Of a DNA stretch of 64,000 nucleotides, positions 37,766-51,645 are shown piece by piece. Made by a program: the position numbers and the translations under genes. The notes under the pieces are model-generated. The model saw only the letters and a program-made list of their open reading frames with translations. It had not been told where the DNA came from and searched no databases. The stretch's first letter is position 1. Every line of letters starts with the position of its first letter. The DNA comes from Octopus sinensis (taxonomy: Eukaryota), in contig NC_043001.1 in assembly GCF_006345805.1 (NCBI RefSeq), forward strand, positions 129,146,001 through 129,210,000. The letters are read 5' to 3'.

Positions 37766-38359
37766 TATATATATATATATATATACATACATATACACAC
37801 ACACACACACACATTTCTTTGAGGGTATAAGACTATTTATCAATAAGAAATGACACAGGCAAATGTTAGAAAACAGGAATCCTGGCATCTGTAAATGCTG
37901 CAGAATCATTGTTTCAAAGCCTTTGGTTACTTTTATGCGCATGATTGCTAAGATGTACCCTATCCTTAGAAATGAAATACAGGGAGTTTTTGACAGAGAG
38001 CTATTTATCTATCTATTTATCTAATGAAATTCGTGAGTCTGGATTAGTTTGTATACCATGGGGAGAATCTATGTTCGGTGGAGTTGGGATGGTTGTCTCT
38101 TTGTCTGAGAAGGAGAAAAATTGCTTCCTCTATCTCCAAAGAAAGTTGCATCATGAAACATGAGATGCCTCGGCTCCCTATGGCATAAAAACATATCCAA
38201 ACTTAGGAACTGTCGGTCTATTTATTTAGCTGTCTACTGTGGGTGTAAATCTCTATGGGAGGAGGAAGTATTTGTAAAACTAGATCTGTGGATGGTTGGA
38301 TGGAAGGATGGGTGGACAGTCAGGAGGACAGAGAGACAGTCATATCAATAGACAATTAG

Positions 38360-38409
38360 ATATAGATAGATAGAGACAGACAAATAGATAGATAGGTAGA
38401 CAGACAGAC

Positions 38410-38457
<48 letters not shown>

Positions 38458-38609
38458 CGATAGATAGACAGACAAACTGACAGACGGAGGGACAGACAGA
38501 TGGATGGATGAATGGATGGATGGACAGAGGAATAGATAGACAGATAGGTGGCTAGATGGATAGAAATATAGGTGGCTAGCTAGCAAGACAGACAGACAGA
38601 CAGACAGAC

Positions 38610-38671
<62 letters not shown>

Positions 38672-38752
38672 TAGATAGATAGATAGACAGGTGGATAGAT
38701 GGATGGTTAGATGGAGGGATAGATAGATGGAAATATAGATAAATAGATAGAG

Positions 38753-38808
<56 letters not shown>

Positions 38809-39161
38809 GATAAATAGATGGCTGATAGATAGACAGACAGATATGTTTCTTTATTAGTCACACAGGGCTGCACACAGACAGGACAAATTTCAAGGTAGAG
38901 CTTTTCTTTTGGGGGTAAAAAAAAGGGGGTTTGGTTTTCGATCAAAAGGGATCGTAAAAGGAAAGAAAGAGGACAAAAAAGGGGGGGATAAAATAAGATT
39001 TTAAAAAAAAAGGGGGGGAGGGAAAGGAAAAAAAATTGATCAATAGGGATCGTTATCACAGAAATGTCAATATGAAGTGTAAAGGGGAGGACAGGTGAGG
39101 TTTACCCGTGGAAAGAAAAGCCTACGGAAAAGACCACGGTAACCTCGGTCAATGAAGTCAC

Positions 39162-39200
<39 letters not shown>
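38360..39200. repeat. (GATA)n/(GACA)n tract interrupted by a ~315-nt insertion
   Basis: Tetranucleotide runs on both sides of 38845-39160. Confidence 0.9.
38845..39160 (-). mobile_element. Probable retroposon 3' UTR fragment (ends AATAAAGAAAC then (TATC)n)
   Basis: Pyrimidine-rich minus-strand sequence ending in a polyadenylation-like signal that abuts the microsatellite; clade not determinable from this piece. Confidence 0.5.
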
Positions 39201-39202
<2 letters not shown>

Positions 39203-39737
39203 AACATGGGCATAGAGATGAACGGATTAAAGACAAATTGATAGATAGATAGATCAAGAAATAGATGAATAGATAATAGACAAATTGATAGAAACATACA
39301 TAAATAAATATATAAGTAGATAGCTAGTTAGCTAGAGTGACAGATAGACAGAGAATCAATCAGACAGATAAATAAATAGGTAAATAGATAAGTTGATACT
39401 AGACAGACTGACAGACTAACAAATAGATATATATAGATTGGCAGTAGATGGACAGATAGAGAGATAGAATGACAGGCATTTTTTGAATGCTTTCAATAAA
39501 ATAGTATGAAATATTTAATAAAATAGTATGAAATATTTAATTGTGATAGTGAACTGAGGCTAAACACAAAGGCATAAACAGTAAGCAATTGCAGTATTTG
39601 ACTTAAACAACATGAGGCAATCAACATGAAGCTGAAGTTAGATTATCAATATGAGAGTGAAGTTATGACTTCACTCTCATTATGAAAGTGTAGTACTTGC
39701 AGTATTCTTGAGGTACCTCAGAATCTGAGGTGTTATG

Positions 39738-39770
<33 letters not shown>

Positions 39771-40048
39771 GCTGCAGCAGTAGCAGTAGCAACAGCAATA
39801 ATAATTGTTTTTAATACAGGTGCAGGCATGGATGAATAGTTAAGAAGCTCTGTTTGGAACCAAGTGGTTCAGTCTCACTGCACAGCACCTTGGGCAAGTG
39901 TCTTCTAATATAGCACTGGGTCAACCAATACAAAAGTCATGTGCAAGAATTTGGTAAGTGGAAACTCTGTGGAAGCCTGGTGTGTGTATGTGTGTGTGTG
40001 TGCATGTGTGTGTGTGTGTATGTGTGTGTGTGTGTGTATATGTGTGTG

Positions 40049-40083
<35 letters not shown>

Positions 40084-41711
40084 ATATATATATATATATT
40101 ATATATATATATGTGTGTGGAGGCATGTGGTTTAGTGGTTAGAGTGTCAGCATCATGATCATAAGATTGTGGTTTCGATTCCTGAACCGGGAAGTGCATT
40201 GTGTTCTTGAGCAAAACACTTCATTTCATGTTGCTCTAGTCCACTCAGCTAGCAAAAATGAGTTACGCTGCAATGGACTGGCGTCCCGTCCAGCTGGGGA
40301 ACACATACGCCATTGAAACTGGGAAACCGTGCCCATGAGCCTGGCTAGGCTTTAAAAGGGAGCATTTATTTTATTTTATATACATATATATATATATGAG
40401 CATTGGGCCTCATGGAGGCATAATAGCTGAGTTCCTTTCGAGCATTGGGCCTGACGGAGGTAAAGTGGCTGAGTTCCTTTTGAGTGTTGGGCTTCATAGA
40501 GGCAAAGAGGCCGAGTTCCCTTTGAGTGTTGGGCCTCACAGAGGCAATGACCAAGACCTTTGACATTATGTCATGCTTGAGAAAACCCATCAAACCGAGC
40601 AAAATCACAGTCACGGCAGATACTGGTATCACGCAAATGGCACCCATGCTGGTGACATGTAAAAGCATCCATAACACTCTTGGAGTGGTTGGCATTAGAA
40701 AGGGCATCCAGCCATAGGAAACCATGCAAAATCAGACTGGAGCCTGGTGCAGCCTTCAAGCATGACAGCCCAGTCAAACAGTCCAACCCATACCAGCATG
40801 GACAACAGACGTTAAATGATGATCATCATCATATGTCTTTGTGCATGTGTCTTTGTGTCCATGCTTATCATCACCCTCTTCATCACATGGCAACTGGTGT
40901 AGGTTTGTTTATGTCTCTGTAACTTAGTGGTTTGGCAAAAGTGAACTATAGATCAAGTCCAGACTTAAAAAATAAAACCTAAGTAGTGGGATCAAAATGA
41001 TGCTCCAGCATGGCCTCAATCCAATGTCTGTAAAAGGTAAAAGATTAAAGTACAAGCACAAAGCCTGAAATTTAGTGCTACTTTGTTTTATAAATCCTTA
41101 ACGGATGAAAAATAAAGTTGACCTTGGTTGAATTTGAACTCAGAACATACTGTAGTAGAGGAAATAGCGCACAGCATTTTTTCCGATGCACTAATTAAAT
41201 ACTGTATTGCATTCGGATAGACTCTTTGAAGATTCTGCTAATCCCTCACCTTGATAACAACAACAACAACAACAGTTTCCAACTTAAGCATGAGGCCAGC
41301 AAATTTGAGGTAGTGGGGTAAGTTGATACCACTGACCCCAGGGCTTGATTGGTACTTTATTTTATCAACTTCAAAAAGATGAAAAGTGATGTCAACCCTG
41401 GTGGTATTTGAACTCAAAACAAAGAAATGGAAGGAATACTGCAAAGCATTTTATTCTTGCTCCCTTATGATTCTACTAGCTCATTGATAATAACAATCCT
41501 TTCTACTATAGGGAAAAGGCTTGAAATTCAGATAGAGGGAGCTAGTCACTTGCATCAACACCAATGCTCAACTGGTATTTATTTTATCAACCCCAAAAGG
41601 ATAAAAGGTAAAACCGACCTCAGCAGAATTTGAACTCAGAACATGAAGATGGCTGAAATGCTGCTAAGCATTTTGCCTGATGTGATAATGATTTTGCAAG
41701 CTTGTTACCAT

Positions 41712-41714
41712 GAC

Positions 41715-41767
<53 letters not shown>

Positions 41768-41778
41768 GGATAATAATA

Positions 41779-41815
<37 letters not shown>

Positions 41816-41856
41816 GGATAATAATAATAATAATAATGATAATAATAATAATAATG

Positions 41857-41887
<31 letters not shown>

Positions 41888-42030
41888 TGATAATAATAAT
41901 AATAATAAAAATAATAATAATAATAATAAGGATAATAATAATAATAATAATGATAATAATAATAATAATGATGATAATAATAATAATAATAATAATAATA
42001 AGGATAATAATAATAATAATAATAATGATG

Positions 42031-42064
<34 letters not shown>

Positions 42065-42105
42065 TAATAATGATAATAATAATGATAATAATAATAATAA
42101 TGATG

Positions 42106-42139
<34 letters not shown>

Positions 42140-42183
42140 GGATAATGATAATAATAATAATGATAATAATAATAATAATGATG

Positions 42184-42217
<34 letters not shown>

Positions 42218-42269
42218 TATAATGATAAAATAATAATATGATGATAATAATAATATAATAATAATAATG

Positions 42270-42300
<31 letters not shown>

Positions 42301-42388
42301 TAATAATAATAATAATAATAATAATATGATGATAATAATAGTAATAATAATAATAATAATGATAATAATAATAATAATAATAATGATG

Positions 42389-42419
<31 letters not shown>

Positions 42420-42459
42420 GGATAATATAATAATAATGATAATAATAATAATAATGATG

Positions 42460-42495
<36 letters not shown>

Positions 42496-42543
42496 TAAGG
42501 ATAATATAATAATAATAGTAATAATAATAATAATAATGATAAT

Positions 42544-42575
<32 letters not shown>

Positions 42576-42592
42576 AGGATAATAATATAATA

Positions 42593-42632
<40 letters not shown>

Positions 42633-42695
42633 GGATAATAATAATAATAATAATAATGATAATAATAATATAATGATATAATAATAATAATAATA

Positions 42696-42768
<73 letters not shown>

Positions 42769-42770
42769 CC
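41712..42770. repeat. ~1-kb interrupted (TAA)n expansion
   Basis: Directly visible; recurrent tga and taagga interruptions. Confidence 0.97.
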
Positions 42771-42885
42771 TAAAATAAAAATTTTTGTGGAGAGGGTTAT
42801 ATCAATTTCAGTGCTTAACTGATACTTATTTCATTGACCATGAAAGGATGAAAGGCAAAGTCGCCCATGACAAAATAATAATAAC

Positions 42886-43256
42886 AAGAGTACTCAGAGA
42901 GTGCAACCCTCCGCCAAGGCAACACCAACGTCCTCTCAATGATTAGCCGGAGACGATTTTTAAAATGAGAATATCTGAAATAAACTCGAATGCTCTCACA
43001 AATGAGAATACTAAAAATGATCCCAACCACTCTCAAAAATTAAGTAAAAAACAAAACAGGAAAAATAATACAGAATCTTAGTCTGGTACTAGATCGATTC
43101 CAAAATCTAATCAGTCCATGCTAGTCATGAGGCCAAACATTCCTGAAAGTTTCATCCAAAATTCATCCAGCGGTTCTAGAGATATCCATGGACAAATAAA
43201 CAAACAAACAACATGAATAAAAGCAATACTTCCACCTTCGCTAAGGCGGAGGTAAT
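42886..43256. mobile_element. Non-autonomous DNA element with subterminal inverted repeat (Helentron/HINE-like, tentative)
   Basis: cctccgcc near the 5' end and ggcggagg at the 3' end, the latter next to the hairpin-like ccttcgctaagg. Confidence 0.45.
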
Positions 43257-43259
43257 AAC

Positions 43260-43670
43260 AGGGGGCTACAGCAAATATTCTGCTCAATACCACAGATTTG
43301 CTTGTCAGTTGTTTGACCTTCACTAGTTGAGCATGTCCATTAGTGGCTAACAATATATGCATCTCTGATCATGAGCAGAAGCAGTGGGGGAGCATCATAG
43401 CCATGTGTTGAGAGGAATTCTTTGGAGTTTGAATAATTCATCTCTGGAAACATACTTTTGAGCAGGATTGGTTACTTGACCTGAAGAAAATTCTAACAGG
43501 GCACCAACTGCAAGGTCATGTGGCGCACATGTGGTTGTGATGTATGTGTACCCTGGTGTATCCTTACCAGATGGATAGTCATGATAGTGATGGATAGTGT
43601 ATATCGGGCTTCATATTTTTGTACTCCAGTGTACTTTGATGGCATGCACTGCTCTTTCATTCACTAATAA
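43260..43670 (+). mobile_element. SINE-like family F with (TAA)n tail; second partial copy at 33700-33920
   Basis: Shared block gaagaaa.ttctaac.ggg..cc..ctgcaag...gggcttc.tata.tt.gtac.ccagtgt.act..gatggcatgcact followed by TAA repeats. Confidence 0.65.
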
Positions 43671-43696
43671 TAATAATAACGATAATAATAATAATA

Positions 43697-44090
43697 GGAG
43701 TGGCTGTGTGGTAAGTAGCTTGTTTACCAACCACATGGTTCCAGGTTCAGTCCCACTGCGTGGCACCTTGGGAAAATGTCTTCTACTATAGCTTCGGGCT
43801 GACCAAAGCCTTGTGAGTGGATTTGGTAGACGAAACTGAAAGAAGCCCGTCATATATATATATATATATACATATGCGTGTGTGTATTTGTATGTCTGTG
43901 TTTGTCCCCCTAGCATTGCTTGACAACCGATGCTGGTGTGTTTATGTCCCCATTACTTAGCGGTTCGGCAAAAGAGAGCGATAGAATAAGTCCTGGGCTT
44001 GCAAAAGAATAAGTCCTGTGGTCGAGTTGCTCGATTAAAGGCGGTGCTCCAGCATGGCCGCAGTCAAATGACTGAAACAAGTAAAAGAGT
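43697..44090 (+). mobile_element. SINE family A, full length
   Basis: Complete head, internal microsatellite and tail. Confidence 0.88.
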
Positions 44091-44357
44091 AATAATAATA
44101 ATAATAATAAAAATTATAATAATAATCCTTTTTATTATAGGCACAAGGCCTGAACTTTTTGTGAGGAGTAGGTTACCTGACTATATCAATTCCAGTGCCT
44201 AAATTATACTTATTTCATTGACCTTGTAAGGTTGAAAAGCAAAATCATCTATAGCAAAATAATAATAATAATAATAATAATAATGATGATGATGATGATG
44301 ATGATAACAATAATAATAATAATAATTATAATAATAATAATGATAATAATAATTATA

Positions 44358-44388
<31 letters not shown>

Positions 44389-44699
44389 TAATGATAATAA
44401 TAATAATGATGATGATGATGATGCTGATGATGATTTCATTTATTTGCCACGAGGGCGAAGGATGATGGGGATCAATACAAAGACATACATAAAGTGTGGG
44501 GTGTACATATAATGAAATAAAAAAAATATAATGATTTCTTTCATTGACCATAAGGGCTCAAAACATGGAGGACAATACTGAAGGACGAGTTACAGCACAC
44601 AAAAAAAACCAAAAACAAAAAATACAGAAACAGGTAAGGTTTACATCAATCAAAAGGAGATACTACCACATTAAAGGATGTAACACATAGGATGGTTAC

Positions 44700-44752
<53 letters not shown>

Positions 44753-44852
44753 CATCATCATCATCATCATCGTTTAATGTCCGTTCTCCATGCTAGCATG
44801 GGTTGGACGGTTCGACCGGGGATCTGGGAAGCCAGAAGGCTGCACCAGGCTC

Positions 44853-44884
<32 letters not shown>

Positions 44885-44886
<2 letters not shown>

Positions 44887-45180
44887 GGAATGATCAAGAA
44901 GGGAACCGAAAATTATATGAGAATGATCCCTGGCTTACCATCCCTGCAAGAAGTGCAAAAGATTGTCTTAACTGGTACATCACACGTATTGAGAAGAGCA
45001 TTGTCGATGTGAGAACTATTACTACCCATGTATTTTGATTTAACTTAAAAAAAAAATTAACGAACTATTGAGTTTAGTTTAATGGCCTACCAATGTATAC
45101 TATGAATTTCTTTGCCCTAGGAGTCGGGAAGACACTCGGCAAGAAATGGAAGCAAATTTGAAAGGAAAAAAAAAAAAAAT
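44885..45180 (+). pseudogene. Short 5'-truncated copy of the same R4/Dong-type LINE as 34113-35024, inserted in (TAA)n
   Basis: GMIKKGTENYMRMIPGLPSLQEVQKIVLTGTSHVLRRALSM* (stop 45012) and a 3' UTR nearly identical to 34854-35010. Confidence 0.92.
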
Positions 45181-45653
45181 AATAATAATCCTTTTTTACT
45201 ATTGTTAAAAGAGCAATAGTTGAGAAGGACATTAAAGGACTATTTACAAAGATAGTGGGTGGGAGGGTTTCTGAATCAAGTATGAGAAAACAGGCGCAGA
45301 AAACATCAGTACTGAAAACAAGAGAAAACAAATGTGTTCTGTTAGTAAGGCAACAATCTAGAGCCAAGTGGAAAACTGCACAAATTCTGGATCATTATAA
45401 ATGCCAAGGGCAAATGCTGTCAGTTGGCTATGTTCTCCAGCCGACAGGCACGTGTAAAGAGTGGGCATTCACATGGGCCATATTTGCAGCCCCACACCTA
45501 CTCACACCCATCTTTCAGCAACAATTACACTGGAGGCAATACCCCTCATCTCCACCCTTTATATTTTTCACCCAAGTGGTACTTGAAGAAATTGATGAGC
45601 AATGGTAATAATCAACAACAACAAAATAATAATAACAATAATAATAATAATAA

Positions 45654-45703
<50 letters not shown>

Positions 45704-46270
45704 TAAATAAATAAATAAAAAATTAATAATGACAAAAAAATTTTTTTTTTTTTTGTTGCTAAATCTTAAGCATGAACTCTGAGATTTGTATGTGCGGAAA
45801 GACGGTAGTGGTGGTGGTGGTGGTGGTGAGGGGTCAGTGGGTGGGATGGATGTATGCAGTTATGATTACGTTGTTGTCGTCGATGACAATAATACCGTAA
45901 TGAAGACAAGGACTATAGCAAATTGTAATAACAATGACGATAACAATTATAATGAAGTTAATACTGACAACAACATAGAAATTGTTCGATGACGACAAGC
46001 CACAATGAAGAAGAGGAAAGCAATGATGACACAAAAAATGTAAAAAAAAAAAATATGAAGAGAACAATGAAAACAACAACAACAACAACAACAATAACAA
46101 TAACCTTGTCATAGTATAATAATGTATGGCCTATTTTGTTTTGTTTTTTTTTGTATTTTTGTTTGGAGTGTCAATTGCTCTTTTGTTGACACCATTTAAC
46201 ATCTTGAAGGCATCAGCGAGATTCTTTGGTGATGGAAAGATTTTGGCATAGGAACATAATGGAGCTTCTT

Positions 46271-46298
46271 GTACTTGTGTCTCTGTATGTGTATGTGC

Positions 46299-46329
<31 letters not shown>

Positions 46330-47190
46330 CTGGTATGTGGTTGTGTATGAGAGCCTGTGTAGGTGAGTTTAGGTGTGTATGTGTGTGTATGCATGTGTGT
46401 GTGAATGCATGTTTGTGTATGTGTGTGTATATGTGCAGGTATGTGTTTGTGTATGAGAGCCTGTGTAGGTGAGTTTAGGTGTGTGTGTGTGTATGCATGT
46501 ATGTATACATGTTTGTGTGTCTATGTGTGTGTATGTACAAGTGTCTGCATAGTTGAGTTTAGGTGTGTGTGTGTGAATGCATGTATGTGTATGTGTGTGT
46601 CTATTTGTGTGTGTATATGTGTAGGTATGTGTTTGTGTATGAGAGCTTGTGTAGGTGAATTTAGGTGTATGTAAACATGTTTGTGTGTGTATGTGTGTAT
46701 ATGTACAAGTGTCTGCATAGTTGAGTTTAGGTGTGTGCGTGTTTGTGTATGCATGTGTAATGCATGTATATTTATGTGCATGTGTGTGTCTATTTGTGTG
46801 TGTATATGTGCAGGTATGTGTTTGTGTATGAGTGTTTGTGTAGGTGAGTTTAGGTGTGGGTGTGTATATGTTTGTGTGTGTGTATGTATGTATGTATACA
46901 TATTTGTGTGTGGATATGTACAAGTATCTGCACAGTGGAGTTTAGGTGTGTGTGTGTATGTGTGTATGCATGTGTATGTGTGAATGCATGTATGCATGGT
47001 GTGTGTCTATCTGTGTGTGTATATGTGTAGGTATGTGTTTGTGTAAGAGTGTTTTATATGGATAAGTTTAGTTGTGTGTATGTGTGAATACATGCATGTA
47101 TATATATTTCTATGTGTGTCTGTGTGTGTGTCTGTTTATGTGTGTGTGTATATGCACAGGTATGAGGGTCCTGTATGGGCGAATCTAAGT
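46271..47190. repeat. (TG)-rich minisatellite with alternating higher-order units anchored on GAGTTTAGG
   Basis: About seven anchors 67-122 nt apart; two alternating unit types. Confidence 0.85.
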
Positions 47191-47544
47191 ATATGTGTAT
47201 GTGTATATGCATTTATGTGTATATATGAATATATGAATATTTGTGTATATGTGTATATATTCATATGTGCATGTGTACATCTTTATGTATGTGCATGTTT
47301 GAATATTTGTATATGTGTATGTACTCATATGAATATGCATGTGTATGTATATATGTATGTGTGTGTTTATGAAGGTGTTTGAGTATGTGTGTGTGGCTGA
47401 ATGGGGAGCATCTGACAGACACATTTTTAGGAAAATACTGTTGGATAGGAAAATGGCAAAGGATGGACGTGAAGAAAGGAAAGTGGAACTGTCTCAGGAT
47501 CTAATCTGAAGAAAAGAACGGAAATAGAGAAGAAAGGAAGGAAG

Positions 47545-47593
<49 letters not shown>

Positions 47594-47601
47594 AGAGAGA
47601 G

Positions 47602-47636
<35 letters not shown>

Positions 47637-47645
47637 GAGAGAGAG

Positions 47646-47684
<39 letters not shown>

Positions 47685-48361
47685 GAGAGAGAGATTGAGA
47701 GAGAGAGAGAGAGAAGAAATATTAGGAAGGTACAAGAAGAAAAAAGGAGGAAGAAGTTTGGGCCTAGAAAAAGGGCAGATGGAAATGAAAGAAGAATGGT
47801 AGGAATGAAAATGAAAGAGATAAGGGGGGGATGGGGTGGAGAGAAAACAGATGGAAGTAAATAAAAGAAAAGAAGAAAGATGATAAATAAGGAAAGGAAG
47901 AAAGAAAATGAAGCAAGAAATGGAAGCAAGAAATTAGGAAGGTGCGAGAAAGAAAACGAAGGAAGATGTACTCTACCAAAATATTTGCCCAGGAAAGAAC
48001 AAAACCCTCATAGTTAGTTCATATTTTTGTTGCTGTCCTTTGATGTCATTTATCATCATCATGATCATCATAACCATCATTGTCATCATCATCATCATCA
48101 TCGTCAATGTCAATGCCGCCATGGCCACTACCATCACCACCACTACCACCATCACCACCACTACCACCATCACCACCACTACCACCATCATCATTACCAT
48201 GCTCATCATTTTGTATTCTTTGTATGTCTAATGTTGCTTTTTGTATATAATTCTTTCGATATTTGTCTTTATATACATTTGTTTTCTCCTTGTTTTTTTT
48301 CTCTGCACCTCTTCTTTCATTACTTCTTCCTTACATATGCATGTAAGCATCTCTCCCTTCC

Positions 48362-48392
<31 letters not shown>

Positions 48393-48513
48393 ATATATCT
48401 ATATATATTATATATATATAATATAGTGTATCTATATATATGTATGTGTGTGTGTAGATTACATATATATGTATGTGTGTTTTATATATATATGTGTGAT
48501 AATATATATAATA

Positions 48514-48544
<31 letters not shown>

Positions 48545-49886
48545 TAGTAATTTCTATATATATTTATACATGTTATATATATATATATATATATATACAT
48601 ATATACACACATATATATATGCACATATATTTATACATTTTATATAAATATATATGCACATATATTCATATATCTTATAATATAAATATATATATATATA
48701 TACATATATATAATATATCTATCTATATATATATATATATATACATGTGTATGTGTATATACATTTGTAAATATATATATATATGTTTACCTTTCTCTCT
48801 CTATATATATGTATATATGTATATATATGTTTGCGTGTATACATACAAGCACACATTTCTATGTGTAAATACAAAAGAAAAAAGAATTGCTCAATCCATG
48901 TAATATCGTTTATTCCTTCCTTCAATTTCTTCATTCATCTCGCCCCCCCCACCATCCGGCTGCCTCCCACCCTGGTCTCATCTTACATCATTCTACCACC
49001 TTCACACCGTCTGTCCTTCCTATTATATCCTTCATCTTTCAATGTGGCCACTTTCATCTCCACAAGAAAACATTTCAAGTGACATGAAAGAAAAGCAAAT
49101 GGCAGGAAGACTTTTCTACAAATGTAACACGTTATTTTTTTCCCTCTCCTCTCCCTTCATTCAGAACCCCACCTCCCACCAAACACCCAATTCTTTATAA
49201 TTTCCTAACTTTTACCACACTGCCATAATCCATTTTCTCACCCACCCCTCAGCTGCTCCATCAACCACTCACAGACATACATTCGTGTTCTAATCATTTG
49301 ATTATCGCATAGAAAAGATGTGATTATGTCAAATAGATTAGATGCCCCCATAACTAAAGGTGAAGAGTACAGATACAGACATCTCTCCATCTCTCTCTCT
49401 CTCTCTCACACACTCACACACACACATACACTCTCTCTTTTTCTCTTTCTTTTTATATGTGACAAATATGACAAATGGTGGATATTTTTTGCAAGATGCT
49501 TAAGTGTTTGTTTATATATATAAATATATATTATACATATAAATATATATATATATATATATATAGATCTATATATAATATATATATATATATATTATAT
49601 ACATACATATATATGTACATATAATGTATGTGTGAATGTATATATATATATATATATATATTATATGTGTGTGTGTGTGTGTGTGGTGTGTGTGTGGTGT
49701 GTCTGTGTTGTGAACAAATATACAGATATATATATATCTATGTAATACATACATTCATACATATAGATACATATCTATGTATAATACATACATACATACA
49801 TACATACATACATACATACACATACATACATACATATAAGAAAGAGAGATGACAAAAGAGCAAATGATTATCTAATGAACTTCATT

Positions 49887-49967
49887 AGCTTACAGCTGTT
49901 TCTGCTATAGTATACAGTGTACTCATAGTTGGGTGCCTGAATATCATCTTATATCTTCATTAGAGCC
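49887..49967 (-). ncRNA. Solo hammerhead-like motif, same family as 2500-2580, core mutated (CUAAUGA)
   Basis: ggcu CUAAUGA agauauaagaug...uauacuauagca GAAA C AGCU GUA agcu. Confidence 0.6.
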
Positions 49968-50059
49968 TCAAATATAAAGTGCAATTAATTTTGAAATTAA
50001 TTAGATTTATGCCTTTAAAGAGAACAGAATCAACAATGTTTATATATATGTATATATAT

Positions 50060-50450
50060 AGGCGCAGGAGTGGCTGTGTGATAAGTAGCTTGTTTACCAA
50101 CCACATGGTTCCGGGTTCAGTCCCACTTCTACTATAGCTTCGGGCTGACCAAAGCCTTGTGAGTGGATTTGGTAGACGGAAACTGAAAGAAGCCCGTCGT
50201 ATATATGTATATATATATATATATGTATGTGTATGTTTGTGTGTCTGTGTTTGTCCCACTAGCATTGCTTGACAACCGATGCTGGTGTGTTTATGTCCCC
50301 GTTACTCTGCGGGTCGGCAAAAAGAGACCGATAGAAAAAGGACTGGGCTTACAAAGAATAAGTCCCGGGGTCAATTTGCTCGATTAAAGGTGGTGCCTCC
50401 AGCATGGCCGCAGTCAAATGACTGAAACAAATAAAAGAGTAAAAGAGTAT
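50060..50450 (+). mobile_element. SINE family A with a short internal deletion
   Basis: Colinear with 43697-44090. Confidence 0.85.
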
Positions 50451-50547
50451 ATATATATAATATATATATATATGTATATAATCAGGCCTTGTGCCTAGAG
50501 AAGAAATGAATATATATATATATATATATATACATATGTTCATATGG

Positions 50548-50664
50548 GTAGATGTTTTCAAGAAACAACATGACCTCCTGCTATCCAAGGTCCCAAATGA
50601 ACCTCCATCAAGGTAAGAAACTCAAAAGTGGGCAGCAATGTCGAACTCTGTCTTTCACCAAAAC
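50548..50664 (+). pseudogene. CR1/L2-type LINE extreme 3' coding remnant
   Basis: VDVFKKQHDLLLSKVPNEPPSR*ETQKWAAMSNSVFHQ resembles the FK..LD..L..VPD.P....A..NS terminal motif. Confidence 0.6.
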
Positions 50665-51645
50665 CCAAACACATAAGATTGGCCATTGAAAAGATGATTT
50701 CACTGCTGGTGCTCCAGCATGGCTACATCCTAACAGCTGAAATTTATAAAGGAATAAAAAAAGAATAGAAGGGTGCATCATTTAGTATACATGGGATTTG
50801 AATTTGAATTACTATTAGTTCCATGCCGTGGAAACATGAGGGTTAGACAAGCTTGCATAGTGTGCTATGTATTTCTAGGCAACCTTTTTCAGACTCAAAT
50901 AAACAACACAGCTGGAGTTTGAAAGATTTGGAGTTTGAAAGATATTGGAGTCTGAAAGATTTCTTGGAAACACAGCAGGCTGTGCAAGTTTGTCTGCTCA
51001 TTATGTTTAATAATAATTTGAAATTAAATTGTGTGTATACTAAATGATATTTATCTTTCACTCAATATATACAACATATATATTTTATGTGTGTGTGTGC
51101 ATATGAAACTAGCACTAAGTAAATTGTATTATAAAATATGTATGTTTATACAGTTCATAGATATCTTAAATTCTTTGTAAAGTTAGGAAATACACACCAC
51201 AGAGTTTTTGTATGAACAGTGTGGCATTATTCAGCATGTATCCACTTGCTTTCTTTTTTCATGAAAGATGTCATAAAGTCATAAAGTATTCCAAAATAGT
51301 AATAAAAAAACATATAACTATTAATATTTGGGAGGAAAATTTGAGGAAAATTTGAGGAAAAATTTGAGGAAAATTTAGATAATTGTTATTCTGGTAATAA
51401 TAAAGGATCTTATGATAAAACAGGGATATTCTTCTCTTTTTCCTTCCACTAAGAGGAAACAAGGACTTTCCTACTTAAAAACTAGAAGAAATACATGTGA
51501 TTCTCTACCTCGAAGTAGAAAGATTCTCCCTTCCTCTCTCTCTCTTACGGCCATACTAGCAAGTTCAATAAGTAACAAACATATTATTTTAATGCTTTTC
51601 TATAAACAATGTTTTCAGTTAATTTGTTGGATGTTTGTAATTTTA

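Noticed and set aside
46365-46946. TTAGG motifs as interstitial telomere
   Set aside because: They are isolated single motifs within a minisatellite unit, not tandem TTAGGG arrays.
50879-50990. Exon-like ORF WSLKDLEFERYWSLKDFLE
   Set aside because: Explained by three tandem copies of a 16-17-nt unit (tggagtttgaaagat).
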